NCBI RefSeq assembly: GCF_002113885.1
Contig: NW_018408148.1
Location: 243,508 to 307,507, forward strand
Source of the DNA: Mizuhopecten yessoensis
Lineage: Eukaryota
Reading direction: 5' to 3'
DNA: 64,000 nucleotides
Position numbers and translations under genes: made by a program
Shown here: in pieces, positions 36,395 to 48,593 of the stretch
Position numbering within the stretch: the stretch's first letter is position 1
Layout of the letters: every line of letters begins with the position of its first letter
The notes under the pieces: generated by a model
Database searches by the model: none
Told to the model about the DNA's origin: nothing
The model's input: the letters and a program-made list of their open reading frames with translations, nothing else

Positions 36395-37686
36395 GTAAGC
36401 AAGCAATGCAAAGACGAAGTACAAAGCAGGAAAAAGATAAATATGTAAATTCACATTTATGTGCATGTGTGAATGACTTACGGAAAATTGCCACATTTCT
36501 GGCCATGAGGTGCCGAGGAAGCTATACTTAGTAGTGGTCTCCTGTTGTTGACAACCACAGTGTTTTAGAACTCTAGAATGAGGTCAGGGGTCATATCATG
36601 TCAGGGAGGCTTTAAAAAGAAAACAACCCTTGGATGCCTCCCTCTTAACCCTTCATCCTCCCAAATGTGAAGAGAATTTGGGAAAGAAACAAAAATTTAC
36701 AAAATATGAAACTAATAGTAGAAAACCATTCTTGGTGCCCCTTATCTCCACCTTCCCCCGGTGCCCCTTATCTCCCCCTCCCCTTTTCTTTACTGAATAA
36801 TGCGGTAATGGTGAAGTGCTAGTGATGCTGATTGTATTGATGTTCAGGAGGATCTGTGAACTGGGAGTAAGTCTGTAGCCTGGGGTCACACTTCTCTCCT
36901 CAGGGTACACAATACACTTACCTGTATATTTTTTACCTGATAATCACTGCCCCCTGCTGGCAAAGGCATCACTTTGTCAATATGTACCTTATGTAACAGT
37001 GGCGAGCTGACACAACTTATCTGTGATAGACAGGTATTCCAGGTGCTATATATATATATACATGGAGAGGGGTGGTCAGGTAGATACCCAAACATTAGCT
37101 ATATATAGGCTTTACCTGTACTGGACCAGGTATCTCACCTGTTATTTAGAATGGTATAATCCAGTCTCACAGAGTCAAATGAAACTGTAGATATTTCAGT
37201 TACAACTCCAGTGGACACTGCAGGTATATACTGTTTTCTACTGTCTGGAAATTAAGCCATTTATCCTGTATGAAAAGTTGAAAAGAAACGACTTTCAGCA
37301 GGTAGGAGCAGTTAGACCATTTGTATGTGCTGTGAAATGGGGCATTGATAAGATTTTATCTGTGTGACAGACACAGGCTTGTTCACTATCATCGGTAGTT
37401 GTAACTTTACCAACTGTCATCAAGTTTGTAAATATTTTTAATCACTACATTATCCTACAAAATACTCCTATGATAATAACATAAAGCTTGATATCCTCTT
37501 GTTTGTGTTTTGTTGTTCGTGAAGTTATATTATTACCTGTAAAAATACTTAACAAGGAGTTATTATTTTAGACTATTTTTTTCTTAATCAATATGTAAGA
37601 TGTATAGATAATTATTTCTAGAAATGAAATTTGCAATGTGTAGTTATGAAAAGCAATTTTACATGTCAACATATTTCACATTGCAG

Positions 37687-37806
37687 AGCCTAAGGATGAG
37701 AAGTTATCTCCCCCTGAGTTCATCAAGGTACCAGAGAAGGTCGTTGCTAGGGAACATGAACGTGCTCAATTCCTGGTCAAGGTTGTCGGAATGCCGAAAC
37801 CAACAG
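37687..37806 (+). CDS. Ig N-half exon (PKDEKLSPPEFIKVP...GMPKPT)
   Basis: tgcag / gtaaag. Confidence 0.85.
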
Positions 37807-37969
37807 GTAAAGTCATAAACTGAATAAATCACTCATCATTTAATTATTTAATTAAAGATGAAATTCATATTTCGAAATTTGATTTTAACTGTTATAAGCG
37901 AAATTTATTGCTGAGAAATATTCCTCAAACTGACAATAGTGTTAAATATATCACTGCTGTTTTATATAG

Positions 37970-38146
37970 TTGCCTGGAAGAAGGACAAACTTCTTGAAGA
38001 CAAAGATTTGTATGACTTCGAGAAATACGAGGACACCTACTGCTTTGAGATCAAGGACACCGAGACAATTGACTCCGGTGTTTACACCTGTATTGCCACT
38101 AACGAGGCCGGAGTAGCTACCAGTGAAATCCCTCTGGAAGTCACAG
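37970..38146 (+). CDS. Ig C-half exon (AWKKDKLLED...PLEVT)
   Basis: tatag / gtatgg. Confidence 0.85.
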
Positions 38147-38515
38147 GTATGGTCATATGTTGTACCTGAAAAGTTTTAAATTGTAATCAATTTTCAAATT
38201 ACATGGTAAAATATGTAGTTTTTATCTTTAGTTGACTTCATAAGAAACATCTTAAATAAAGAAGAGGTGTTCAGACTTTATAAGAAAAAACTGAAATAAA
38301 GTAAAAGTGTTGATTATCTTATTTAATTCAATAAAATAGGAAGATTTGTTTTAGAAAAAAGCCCTTAATTAAAAACACAATTTACTTAAGAGCAACAGCT
38401 TGATAAGCACACAAGACAGGTTTTACCTACAGGGCGGATGTAGAAAGGTTTGTGTGAGCATGTTTTCATAACTAAAATTTCATTGGTAAAAACTCACATG
38501 TGACCATGTTTACAG

Positions 38516-38613
38516 AAATTGACCGTAACAAGCGTCTGTCAGAGTCTCCACTGGTCCTTAGAAACAAAGATGAGTCCAAGGCTCCAGAATTCACCGAGAT
38601 CTTCGAGGAATGT
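38516..38613 (+). CDS. Linker/Ig start exon (IDRNKRLSESPLVLRNKDESKAPEFTEIFEEC)
   Basis: tacag / gtaagt. Confidence 0.85.
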
Positions 38614-39058
38614 GTAAGTAAAGATCGCGGAGTCACAATTATCGACGAGATATCATAATTCAAGTTTCCGCCATGTAGAAAAGATATGGTGCATCATTGG
38701 AGATTTAATCATAATCCAAATACAGGATATTTGTCTCAATTTCCTTCATTGCCATTGTTAGGGTATAAACTAGGAACATATTTTTATCATTTTATTAAAA
38801 ATATATCTTAAAAAAAATGAAATTTTGAATAGAAATATGGATAGGGATTTAACATGTCATGGAAATCATTTACCTGAATTTCTGTGTATTTTGAAAAACA
38901 TTTTTCCGTCATGTTTATGAAAAACATTTTGGTGGCATGAAAAAAACTACTTCATCCCAATATACAAATTGAAACATTAAAAAACATTCTTTTAAGGATT
39001 CCTGATACATTTTCGCATTTTTAAAACTAATTTTAAAACATTTTGGTGTTATTTTCAG

Positions 39059-39302
39059 ACCGTGATGGAAGAGAGACCTTTGACCTTGATTGCCAAGGTC
39101 ACTGGACTACCTCGCCCAGAGGTTGCCTGGTTCAACAACGGCAAAGTACTGACCAACACACCAGCGGTCAAGATGTCCTATGATGACGAAACAACCACCC
39201 TCTTGATCAAGAAAACAACTGTTGATCATGAGGGCGAATTCAAATGTGTCGCCACAAACTCGGCGGGCACAGTGGAACACATCGCTAAGGTCAACGTGGA
39301 AG
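39059..39302 (+). CDS. Ig exon (TVMEERPLTLIAKVTG...VNVE)
   Basis: ttcag / gtttgt. Confidence 0.88.
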
Positions 39303-39859
39303 GTTTGTATAAGATTTCTTGTTTTGTTGTAACAGTCAGTGTTATTTCATAGTTGGTTTCTGACTTTTGACAAATCATGTAAGAACAAATTAAAAATTGA
39401 AGAAAAAAAATGAGCTTCTGATTTTTTTTACATAGAGTTTAGTTTCTGGATAGATGGAGTTCATGTTTCCATTAAAAAACAATTGTGAAAACCTTTCCTG
39501 ATCAGATCCGTCCTGTAGAAATATATTACCATAAGATACTGTTTTTCCATCCGCTGCAATATTTTCGTCCTCCGCAATAAGGGCGATTTTATCAAAACAG
39601 TGAACATTTATACACAATTTACCTTATATAGTACAAATGTAATTACATTACGGGGAAAATTTAAACTGGGCAAATACAGATTTTACCAGTAAAGGAAGAC
39701 TATGTTATACTGGGCAAAACTTTCCCAGTAAATGGTATTGTCTCGTACTAAAATCGTGATGTATAGGTTGTAGGAAAATGTCCTATCATACTTGAAACAA
39801 ATAGATATTGTTTCGCAAATGAATATCTTCAATATTTTGTGTTGTTTTTTAACCTTCAG

Positions 39860-39974
39860 GCAAGTCTATGCCCCCAGAGTTTACCCGTAAGGTGAATTCT
39901 AGGGACATTAAGGCCAGTCGTCCCGTCCGATTTGAATGTGCAGTCAAAGGTATCCCACAACCAGAAGTCGCATG
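39860..39974 (+). CDS. Ig N-half exon (KSMPPEFTRKVNSRDI...PEVAW)
   Basis: ttcag / gtaagt. Confidence 0.85.
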
Positions 39975-40232
39975 GTAAGTATTGACCAATGAGAAGGGAT
40001 GTTTCATCTCGAAGAAGCTTATAGAATTCATTTAAATTCAGATTCAACTGTATACCTTCATTTTTAAGAAGATATGAATTTAAAAAACTTTTTTAAAAAT
40101 AAGAATATATTTTTTTTTCTGATTTCAAGACTGTATCTATTCATGAATTAGTGTTCAGAAGTTTCGGATAATAGAACCATGAGAATTGAGAAGTTTAAAT
40201 TGTACATGTTTCGACATTTTTGTTATTTAAAG

Positions 40233-40417
40233 GTTTATCAATGACAAACCTATCGAGACCGGAATTCGGTTCCACATGGACGAACGTAAGGGTTACGTTG
40301 ATGTCACCCACATTCTCACTATTGACAATACGGTCCTTGAAGACGAAGGTCAAATCAAGGCCGTCGCCTCCAACAAAGCAGGAGAGATCTCCTGTGAGGG
40401 TAGACTAACCGTCGAAG
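40233..40417 (+). CDS. Ig C-half exon (FINDKPIETGIRFHM...LTVE)
   Basis: taaag / gtttgt. Confidence 0.85.
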
Positions 40418-40750
40418 GTTTGTAAAAAAAAAAAAAAAAAACTTTATTCAAAATAACACTTTTTTGTAATTGAAACATCAATTAGTCATAGAAGTTTTGA
40501 ACTTTTTGTCATAACAATTAAAAGCTGTGAAGTGATGCTCATTTTGTAGGAATACATTTTTTATACAAAATAAATTATGCCGGTTTATGCTTATATTCTT
40601 AGAGATCTGTATTCATATTTTCTCCAAGTTTGTAATGATACGAGTTGACTATATCTTGAATCCAGGATGAAATAGTAACAACTACCACAAAAGATTGATT
40701 ATCAAATTTCAGAATAAATACATACAATGTACTGTCTATCTGTCCTACAG

Positions 40751-40865
40751 AGAAGAAAGAGGGACCCAAACTGATAAAGAAGCTGGAGAATTTGGAGGTC
40801 GTTGAGAAGAGCACTGTTGTATTGGAATGCGTCATCTCCGGCAAACCCAAGCCAGATGCTGTCTG
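40751..40865 (+). CDS. Ig N-half exon (KKEGPKLIKKLENLEV...PDAVW)
   Basis: tacag / gttagt. Confidence 0.85.
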
Positions 40866-41277
40866 GTTAGTAAACATGACCAGTTCCAGTAATTTGGCAA
40901 CTAGGACAACAGGCTTTAATTAAAAATGGTTTACCTTATTGTTTCTTTGATTGAGCCTAGTGGGATTCAAGATATCTTGTTTGGTTTTGCTATTTCAATC
41001 ACCAAAATGCATTTGAAACTCAGTATAATATTATTTATTTTTTTTGGGGGGGGGTTGAACATATGTACTTGTTTTGGTGTTATTGAATGTTATTTTAAAA
41101 AGATATTAATTCTTGTGATTAACATTTATTAGATGAAATCATTTGAAATATGTTGATCTTATATATACAATCGAGAATTTTTTTTATTCGGAATTATAAG
41201 ATTTAAAATAAATAGAATTGACCAATGAAGTCATTATTCCTTTATAAAATTTCATTATTAATCTTCACCCTGTACAG

Positions 41278-41450
41278 GATGAAGAATAAGACAGAATTAG
41301 TTGAGAGCGAAGACATCAAGCTGGAGGTTGTTGACCAGACGTATCGTCTAACGATCCCGTCCACGAAAGTTTCAGACTCAGACCTCTACACAATACGTGC
41401 CAGCAACCAAGCTGGACAGGTTTCCTGTAGCTGTCGCCTCAAAGTCATGC
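41278..41450 (+). CDS. Ig C-half exon (MKNKTELVESED...LKVM)
   Basis: tacag / gtaagt. Confidence 0.85.
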
Positions 41451-41754
41451 GTAAGTGTTCAAGGTCATACAAAATCGCCAAAAAGCCAAAAATATGTCAA
41501 GTTATAAAAGTAGTTAAGCGCACAGTTTACCATTCACAATTTTACAATGCGTAGCAAATATTTTTTTTGGTGATATTTTCTCGACATGCACGGTGGTATC
41601 TTATTTTTATCTACTCAAAAATTACAGTTCTACATGTACTACCAAATGTTACTATCGTCATAGCTATCTACCAAAACCTATACTTCCAAGCTATTACAGA
41701 ATACAGTGTATTTATGTCAATCAAAAATGGATGTTTGTTTTTTTCATTTTTCAG

Positions 41755-41866
41755 CTGGTAGAAAACCATCATTTGCCAGGAAAATGTCAGACACCCTTGT
41801 ACCAGAAGACGGCGCTGTGAGCTTCGATTGTAAAGTGGAAGGCCTTCCTCTTCCCGATGTCAAATG
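41755..41866 (+). CDS. Ig N-half exon (GRKPSFARKMSD...PDVKW)
   Basis: ttcag / gtatgt. Confidence 0.85.
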
Positions 41867-42135
41867 GTATGTTACAGCCTGCAAAGCTAAACCATTGCAG
41901 ATAATTTGTATGTACATGTATAGAAATAAAAAAAATAAGTTGTTGTTGATAGTGTTGAACAATTCTTGCAGAAAAAATAATCCTTTCTTTTTCTTGTGCA
42001 AGAAACTCAAAGACAAGAAACCTAGCTGACAACTAACTATACAATTTTGCCCAACAAGGGAGTTAACCAGATTTTTTAAAATTTTAATCAGATATTAGAA
42101 AGGGAGATAACTCTATCTTTTGTCCAACCCAACAG

Positions 42136-42365
42136 GTTCATCAATGACCAAGAGATAGAGGCGGGTGAGGGCGTCCACTTCGTGTTCAACAAGCGTGACC
42201 GTACACACTCACTGGTGATAGACAAAGCATTACCTGAGCTCCAAGGTCTCATCAAGGCCGTCGCGGTCAACTCTGGTGGCGAGGAGCTATGTACTGCCGA
42301 ACTCACCGTTCGCGGCCGCGCACCTTCCTTCAAAGAAATTCCACTGAAATGTACCATACTTGAAG
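42136..42365 (+). CDS. Ig C-half plus next Ig start (FINDQEIEAGEG...PLKCTILE)
   Basis: aacag / gtgtgt. Confidence 0.85.
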
Positions 42366-42700
42366 GTGTGTTGAATACAATGTTCTAATTTCTATAACTC
42401 ATTCACCCCTGAAATTTCATAATGAACAATTCCAACCTTTGTATTGGAAGAGTTCAGATGTGTCTTCAGGGTTGAATGAGTTAATGAAAATTTTTGCTTC
42501 TGCAGTAGAAACATGATTTTTACATGACAATGGCCACATTTACTGAGATGAAAATGTCAAATGTATCAATATCGTTTACATTACTTTGGTTGCTATGGTT
42601 ACCTAATGGATGTATGTATCATTTATGTAAGTAGTGTTGCCATATTTACATGTATTCATGGTGAGAGCATGTCATTATAATAATTAACTTGATTACACAG

Positions 42701-42986
42701 GTGCCATGGCGATGTTCCGCTGCATCCCCGATGGAGAGCCCAAACCCACCATCGCGTGGTCCAAGGGTAAATGGCAGAAGATTAAAGACGATAAGAAATA
42801 CCATGTGTTTTATGATGAGGAGACTAACGAACAGGTCCTCGAGATTAGATCGGTACAGAAGAAGGATGCCGGTACCTACCTCATCACGATCACCAACGAA
42901 CACGGAACGTGTGATGCACCTGCCACTCTGATGGTTACCAATGACGAGGGAGAAGTCAATGATTGGCTGGAGCAACTCAAACACAG
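42701..42986 (+). CDS. Ig exon plus linker start (AMAMFRCIPDGEPKP...VNDWLEQLKHR)
   Basis: cacag / gtaggt. Confidence 0.88.
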
Positions 42987-43371
42987 GTAGGTCAAAGGTC
43001 AAGGACAGAAATGAACTATGGACGCTATTAGTCTGGCAAGCTTGACATGATTTATCAAAAAGCAATTGGGACCACAGGACAGTGAAAATTACAGGATGAA
43101 GTGTTATGAAATGCCATTTGTGGCTGTAAAATGTCAAGGGGTAAAATGTCAAGGGTCAGGAGGTGATGAATAGGTCACGAAGTATCATACAGGATTATAG
43201 GTCAGGATGTGACCTTCAAGATCATAGGTCAACAATTAAATCTGTTTCATTTGCTAAATGTTTTTATGAATTTTCTGTTTTTGATTCATATTTATACATA
43301 AAATGTTAATGATACATTGTATTATGAGTTTTAGTATATAGGGTCTCATAAACTAACATGTATTGTTGTAG

Positions 43372-43537
43372 GGAATTTACCCGTAACCAAGGTGATGAAG
43401 CTGTTGAATGGATGCCTCAGCTCCGCCATGTTGAACATGAGGGAGACCAGCCAGATGCCAAGAAGTTTGTACCAGGAACTAAAGAGTTGGACGAAGCTAC
43501 TGCTCATGAAATTTACCGTCGCAGCTCCCGACCCGAG
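43372..43537 (+). CDS. Unique linker exon (EFTRNQGDEAVEWMPQLRHVE...EIYRRSSRPE)
   Basis: tgtag / gtaaga; phase 2 to 0. Confidence 0.8.
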
Positions 43538-44032
43538 GTAAGATAATATCGCAGACAGCTTCCGACCCGATGTAAGATAATATCGCAGACAGCTCCCAAC
43601 CTGAGGTAAGATAATATCGCAGGCAGCTCCCGACCCTAGGTAAGATAATATCACAGACAGCTCCCGACCCGATGTAAGATAATATCGCAGAAAGCTCCCA
43701 ACCCGAGGTAAGATAATATCACAGACAGCTCCCGACCCGAGGTAAGATAATATCACAGACAGCTCCCGACCCGAGGTAAGATAATATCACAGACAGCTCC
43801 CGACCCGAGGTAAGATAATATCACAGACAGCTCCCGACCCGAGGTAAGATAATATCACAGACAGCTCCCGACCCGAGGTAAGATAATATCACAGACAGCT
43901 CCCGACCCGAGGTAAGATAATATCACAGACAGCTCCCGACCCGAGGTAAGATAATATCACAGACAGCTCCCGACCCGAGGTAAGATAATATCACAGACAG
44001 CTCCCGACCCGAGGTAAGATAATATCGCAGAC
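43522..44032. repeat. 34-bp minisatellite, 15 copies, each containing the exon end and 5' splice site
   Basis: cagctcccgacccgag|gtaagataatatcacaga; GT every 34 nt from 43538 to 44014. Confidence 0.95.
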
Positions 44033-44172
44033 TTACTGTATGCTGATTAGACTTAATTAAGAAACGATAAAATATAATCATATCATTACATATATAATAT
44101 CTGAAATGATAACATCTTCTAAAAATTAAAATATAATAGTCAAATATTTATAACATGGTGCCATGGTTACAG

Positions 44173-44364
44173 TTGACTGATGCTCAATGGGATCATGAGA
44201 TGAGCCAGAGGTCAAAGGTTGCTCTTGAGGCGTCTGCCCCAGAGAAAGGTGCCGAGGTAACAGCACCACCGAGAAAGCCCATCAAGGACAAGTACAGCCG
44301 TCTCATCAAACCCCAGAAGATCGAAGAGGCACCACCAGTCAAACTCGTCATACCAAAGGCTCAG
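44173..44364 (+). CDS. PEVK-like linker exon (LTDAQWDHEMSQRSK...PPVKLVIPKAQ)
   Basis: tacag / gtacgc; phase 0-0. Confidence 0.8.
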
Positions 44365-44779
44365 GTACGCACAGATGACATATGACAATCCAGGCACATT
44401 TATTGGGAACTACGGTGGCTGAAGTACTTTTCACCAGGGAATTTTCGGTCCTTTTTATTTTCGCCTTTTTCGCCCTTCGTAACTTACCATCACAGTGGAC
44501 ATATGTCAACAACCCTATATACATAGTAATCAAATGTGACAAGTTCTATCGGTTTAGAAATATTCCAAGTCCCTTTCTGACATTTTTGATTTAATTTTTC
44601 ACAATCGTTGCAAATTAGTTCTGTAGTCTGTGTTAAGTTCAATTGAAAATTTGTTAGATTTCAAAAGTCACAACTATTTTACGGTAATTTTCACAAAATA
44701 TCATCCGTGATCATTATAAAGCTGTCACGATTTCTTGATGTTTTGGTGCCTTCATTAGTGTTATACATATGTGTTGCAG

Positions 44780-45038
44780 TGGAAGGTCCTCCAACCTTTG
44801 CATGACCTTGAGGTAATGGAGATGGATGAGGCTCGATTTGAGTGCGAGTTCAGCGTACCAAACGTTATGGTAACCTGGAAGGTCAATGGGGAGCGTATTG
44901 AGGCCACTCCTAAGTACATGATCGAGATTGAAAAGACAAAACACACTCTGATTGTGACCAAGTGTAAACCCAAAGATTCCTGCAATGTCAGCTGCTCCTA
45001 CGCTAAACTCAACACTGAGGCAAATCTCGTTGTTAATG
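44780..45038 (+). CDS. Ig exon (WKVLQPLHDLEVME...LVVN)
   Basis: tgcag / gtaagc. Confidence 0.88.
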
Positions 45039-45180
45039 GTAAGCGGATATTAATTATAAATCTTCAAGAAAGAACTTTAGAAAATGTTCGGAGGTCTTAT
45101 ATTGTGGAGTTTATGTTCTATAAAATTTGATGTTTTCATTAAATGTGAATTTAGGAGCTTATTAATATTAAATGATAGTA

Positions 45181-45553
45181 CATTTTACCTGTCTCACAGA
45201 GCTACCTGTATAACTCACCTGTAAATATGAAACATTTTACCTGTATAATTTACCTGTAAATATGACATGTTTTACCTGTATAACTTACCTGTAAATAGGA
45301 CATGTTTTACCTGTATAACTTACCTGTACATATGACATGTTTTACCTGTCTCACAGAGCTACATGTATAACTTACCTTTAAATATGACATGTTTTACCTG
45401 TCTCACAGAGATACCTGTAAATATGACATGCTTTACCTGTCTCACAGAGCTACCTGTATAACTTACCTGTAAATATGACATGTTTTACCTGTCTCACATA
45501 GCTACCTGTATAACTTATCTGTAAATATGACATGTTTTACTTTTCTCACAGAG
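45181..45553. repeat. Composite minisatellite derived from the 3' splice site region
   Basis: Units of catgttttacctgtctcacagag, tacctgtataact and tacctgtaaatatga. Confidence 0.9.
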
Positions 45554-45818
45554 ATGCCGATTCAGTTTTTGATACCACTTGAGGACACATCTGCTGTTGA
45601 GCACACTAACGCAACTTTCACAGTGAAAATCAACGTAGAGGAGGTTGACATCGTCTGGCTGGTCGACAACGAGCCAATCCCTGATGATCAGAAGTTCAAG
45701 GTCGCTCGCAAAAACAGTCAGGTCATGCTTACCGTCTTTGACCTAAACACAGACGACACCTGTAAGATCAGTGCCAAAGCCCGCGACGTTTCTACGGAAT
45801 GTACACTGACCGTCACAG
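45552..45818 (+). CDS. 267-nt Ig exon (MPIQFLIPLED...)
   Basis: cacag / gtgagt; phase 1-1. Confidence 0.9.
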
Positions 45819-46166
45819 GTGAGTAGTGTCCCTTTGTTGTCAATAATCTTAACAAATTTAAATGTTTCTGATACTATCAAACTTTTAACTTGGGATAAGC
45901 TTTTTGCGGTATTTTTCAACTTAATATGTACTTTTGCAATGATTTAATACAACGATTTTTAAACTTCTTATGTGAAAGTTCTAGAAGAACTCTTGTAAAA
46001 AGGTATTTTTTTCCGTTTACTTTGATTTAAAGTTTTCCTGATTAAATTGTCATAAAATAATTCTATTTTGAATTGAAACAATGAATTGTTAAAAAAGTAT
46101 TACACCTTATACGTCATTATTTCATTGGAAGTGGAAAATATAAATGTGTGTTAATTTTTTTTACAG

Positions 46167-46433
46167 AAATTCCACCACAATTCATTGTACCCCTGAAGGA
46201 CATGGAAGAATTTGAACACGAATCCGTGACCTTCGTGTGTGAGGTCCAACGCGACGTCGACAAGGTCCAATGGTTCATTGACGACAGAGAACTCGTAGAG
46301 AGTGACATCATCAAATTCGTTTCTCAAGACTTTGTCCACAAACTTTACTTAAAAGACCTTGACCTTGCTGATAATGGTGTGGTCACCTTCAAGACCAAGG
46401 GCCAATCATGCTCTGCCAAACTCAAGGTCAAAG
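46167..46433 (+). CDS. 267-nt Ig exon (IPPQFIVPLKD...)
   Basis: tacag / gtgagg; phase 1-1. Confidence 0.9.
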
Positions 46434-46795
46434 GTGAGGTCAAAGGTCATTGTGTCTGTATATATTGTACTTCACCATAGCTTTTGGATTGTTTAAAGTT
46501 CTAAAAGGAATTGTCTTTTCAAATTCTAGAATATATTAGCAAATGCAGAACAAATTAAATTAATTATCATTCTTCTGAAACAAATTTGGACAGTTATTGC
46601 AAAAAATGGTCGTTCATGTTTCCTTTTGATTCCTGAGATAAAAAGACAATTTCGTCAAATGAATTCTTTTGTATAAAATTATATTTTGATGAATCACCTT
46701 GAGTGAATCAGAGTTACAATTTATTGTGAAATGTAGATAATAATGGAGTTGAATTATGAAATTGAAATTATGGTGTGTATTTTTTTTCGCGACAG

Positions 46796-47062
46796 AAACT
46801 CCAGTAGTGTTCAGCATACCTCTCTCAGATATCACCGCTATGGAGCACTCAACTGTGGAGTTCATCAGTGAAATCAACCGTGACGTTGAGAAGGTCACTT
46901 GGTTTTTGGATGAGGAGGAACTCAAGGAGGATGCCAAGGTCAAAATGGTGTCCGAAGGTCATGTACATAAATTGATTATTGAGGACATCCATGTGGAAGA
47001 TGAAGGACAAGTGACTCTCCAGGCCAAGGATAAGAAGTCCACTGCCTCCCTCTTTGTACAAG
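46796..47062 (+). CDS. 267-nt Ig exon (TPVVFSIPLSD...)
   Basis: gacag / gtgagc; phase 1-1. Confidence 0.9.
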
Positions 47063-47379
47063 GTGAGCCTCAATCAAAAATTGCAGGATAAGCTCAAAAG
47101 AAGGCAATTGGGGAGAGTTGGCAACGAAAAAACATAATCCTTCCTTTTGTTTCAAACTTATGTCTTGAATAACCAATTTTCAAGATTTATGACAAAGATG
47201 GTTGCAGAAAAACTGATGGTTTTAATATAAAATTGTGTTTTTGTTTGTGAAATTAGGAGAAAATGTCTGTTTTATATGCTTGAATATTGAAAAAAGGGGC
47301 TTCCTTCTGCCTTAATCGAATAATGAAATTCATACAATCAGAGAGATATTCAGTAATTTATAATTTGCATTTTGTACAG

Positions 47380-47646
47380 AACTCCCACCACAGTTCACCT
47401 CTCCACCCAGTGATGCTACAATCATGGAGGGCGAGACCGCAGAATTTGTCTGCAAGGTCAGCAAAGAGGGCACCACCGTGAAGTGGTTCCTTGACAACAA
47501 AGAAATCGTTGAAGATGAACGTTTCATCATCACAAAAGACAAGGGAACACACACACTCACCATCAAGGATGCTATCCTGCCCGACGGTGGGGTCATCAAC
47601 GCCAAGGTCGAGGATACAAGTGCCACGGCTACGCTAACAATCAAAG
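47380..47646 (+). CDS. 267-nt Ig exon (LPPQFTSPPSD...)
   Basis: tacag / gtaggt; phase 1-1. Confidence 0.9.
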
Positions 47647-48326
47647 GTAGGTGTGAAGAGGTCATGGTCACTGATGCAGTCGAAGTTCCGGTCAAGCTTT
47701 ATGATGAAGCTGCTGTTGAGATTGGAAATCTTTTAAGATTAATTATTTTGTCATCAAACACTGGAAGCATTTTGCATGCAAGTTTTTATTTTTTGGTTTC
47801 TTTTTGAGGATTTTTAGTATTTTTTTCAAAGACTTTTCTTATATAAATTGACACGTTTTACATGATTGAAGCCTCAATTCTCCAATGTACTTGTGTTTGA
47901 CCTTCCCATACCTTATTTCCTCTGCCAACCTGCTACCTGACACTTGAAGGATGTTGCCTCATTTCGAAATTTGCTGTCCTGATATAAGCATGACCTTTGA
48001 CCCATTAAGTCCTGTCATTTCCTGAATATTTTCCGATGATTTTGTGAGAAAAGTTAACTTAGGGAGAAGCCATTCTGTAAGATAGCCAATAATGGAGGGC
48101 CCATTCTTTAAGTTAAAGGATATTGATATTGGAGAGTCTATTCCACTAAGTAGATAGTTTTTGAATGGGGGATTAAGTTTGTGAGATCGGTGGATTTCGA
48201 TTCCACTTAGGCAGTATTTAGATAAGAGATTCCATTTTACGAGCAAGGTTGCAGGCCTGTCAGAGGAAGTAAGGTATTGGCGGGTTGGAAGTAATTTCCT
48301 AACCTGGGTCTGTCCACCCCCCACAG

Positions 48327-48593
48327 AATCTCCTGTTGAGATTGTCCTAGCACTCGAGGAACAGCATGTCGAGGAGCACCAGGCGTGCTACTTCACTTGT
48401 AACGTAAACAAGGAAGACGTAGATGTCACATGGTGCAAAAACGACGAAGTTATCTCCCCTAGCGATAAACATATCCTCAAGGATGATGGAACTAGCCACA
48501 CACTCGTCATCATGGATGCTGATGAATCAGACATCGCAGATTATACTGTCACTGTCGGTGACAGAAAAAGCTCCGCAAAACTCTGCCTCGATG
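48327..48593 (+). CDS. 267-nt Ig exon (SPVEIVLALEEQHVEEHQACYFTCNV...KLCLD), absent from the ORF track
   Basis: cctaac branch point, cacag / gtatgt; open I-set frame. Confidence 0.88.

Noticed and set aside
43346-43756. 136-aa minus-strand ORF
   Set aside because: Produced by the minisatellite plus the antisense of a real exon
43522-44032. CRISPR-like array (34-bp period)
   Set aside because: Head-to-tail repeats with no unique spacers, no cas genes, eukaryotic intron
47959-48324. 121-aa antisense ORF as a nested gene
   Set aside because: No recognisable domain or gene signals; region better explained by the RNA stem
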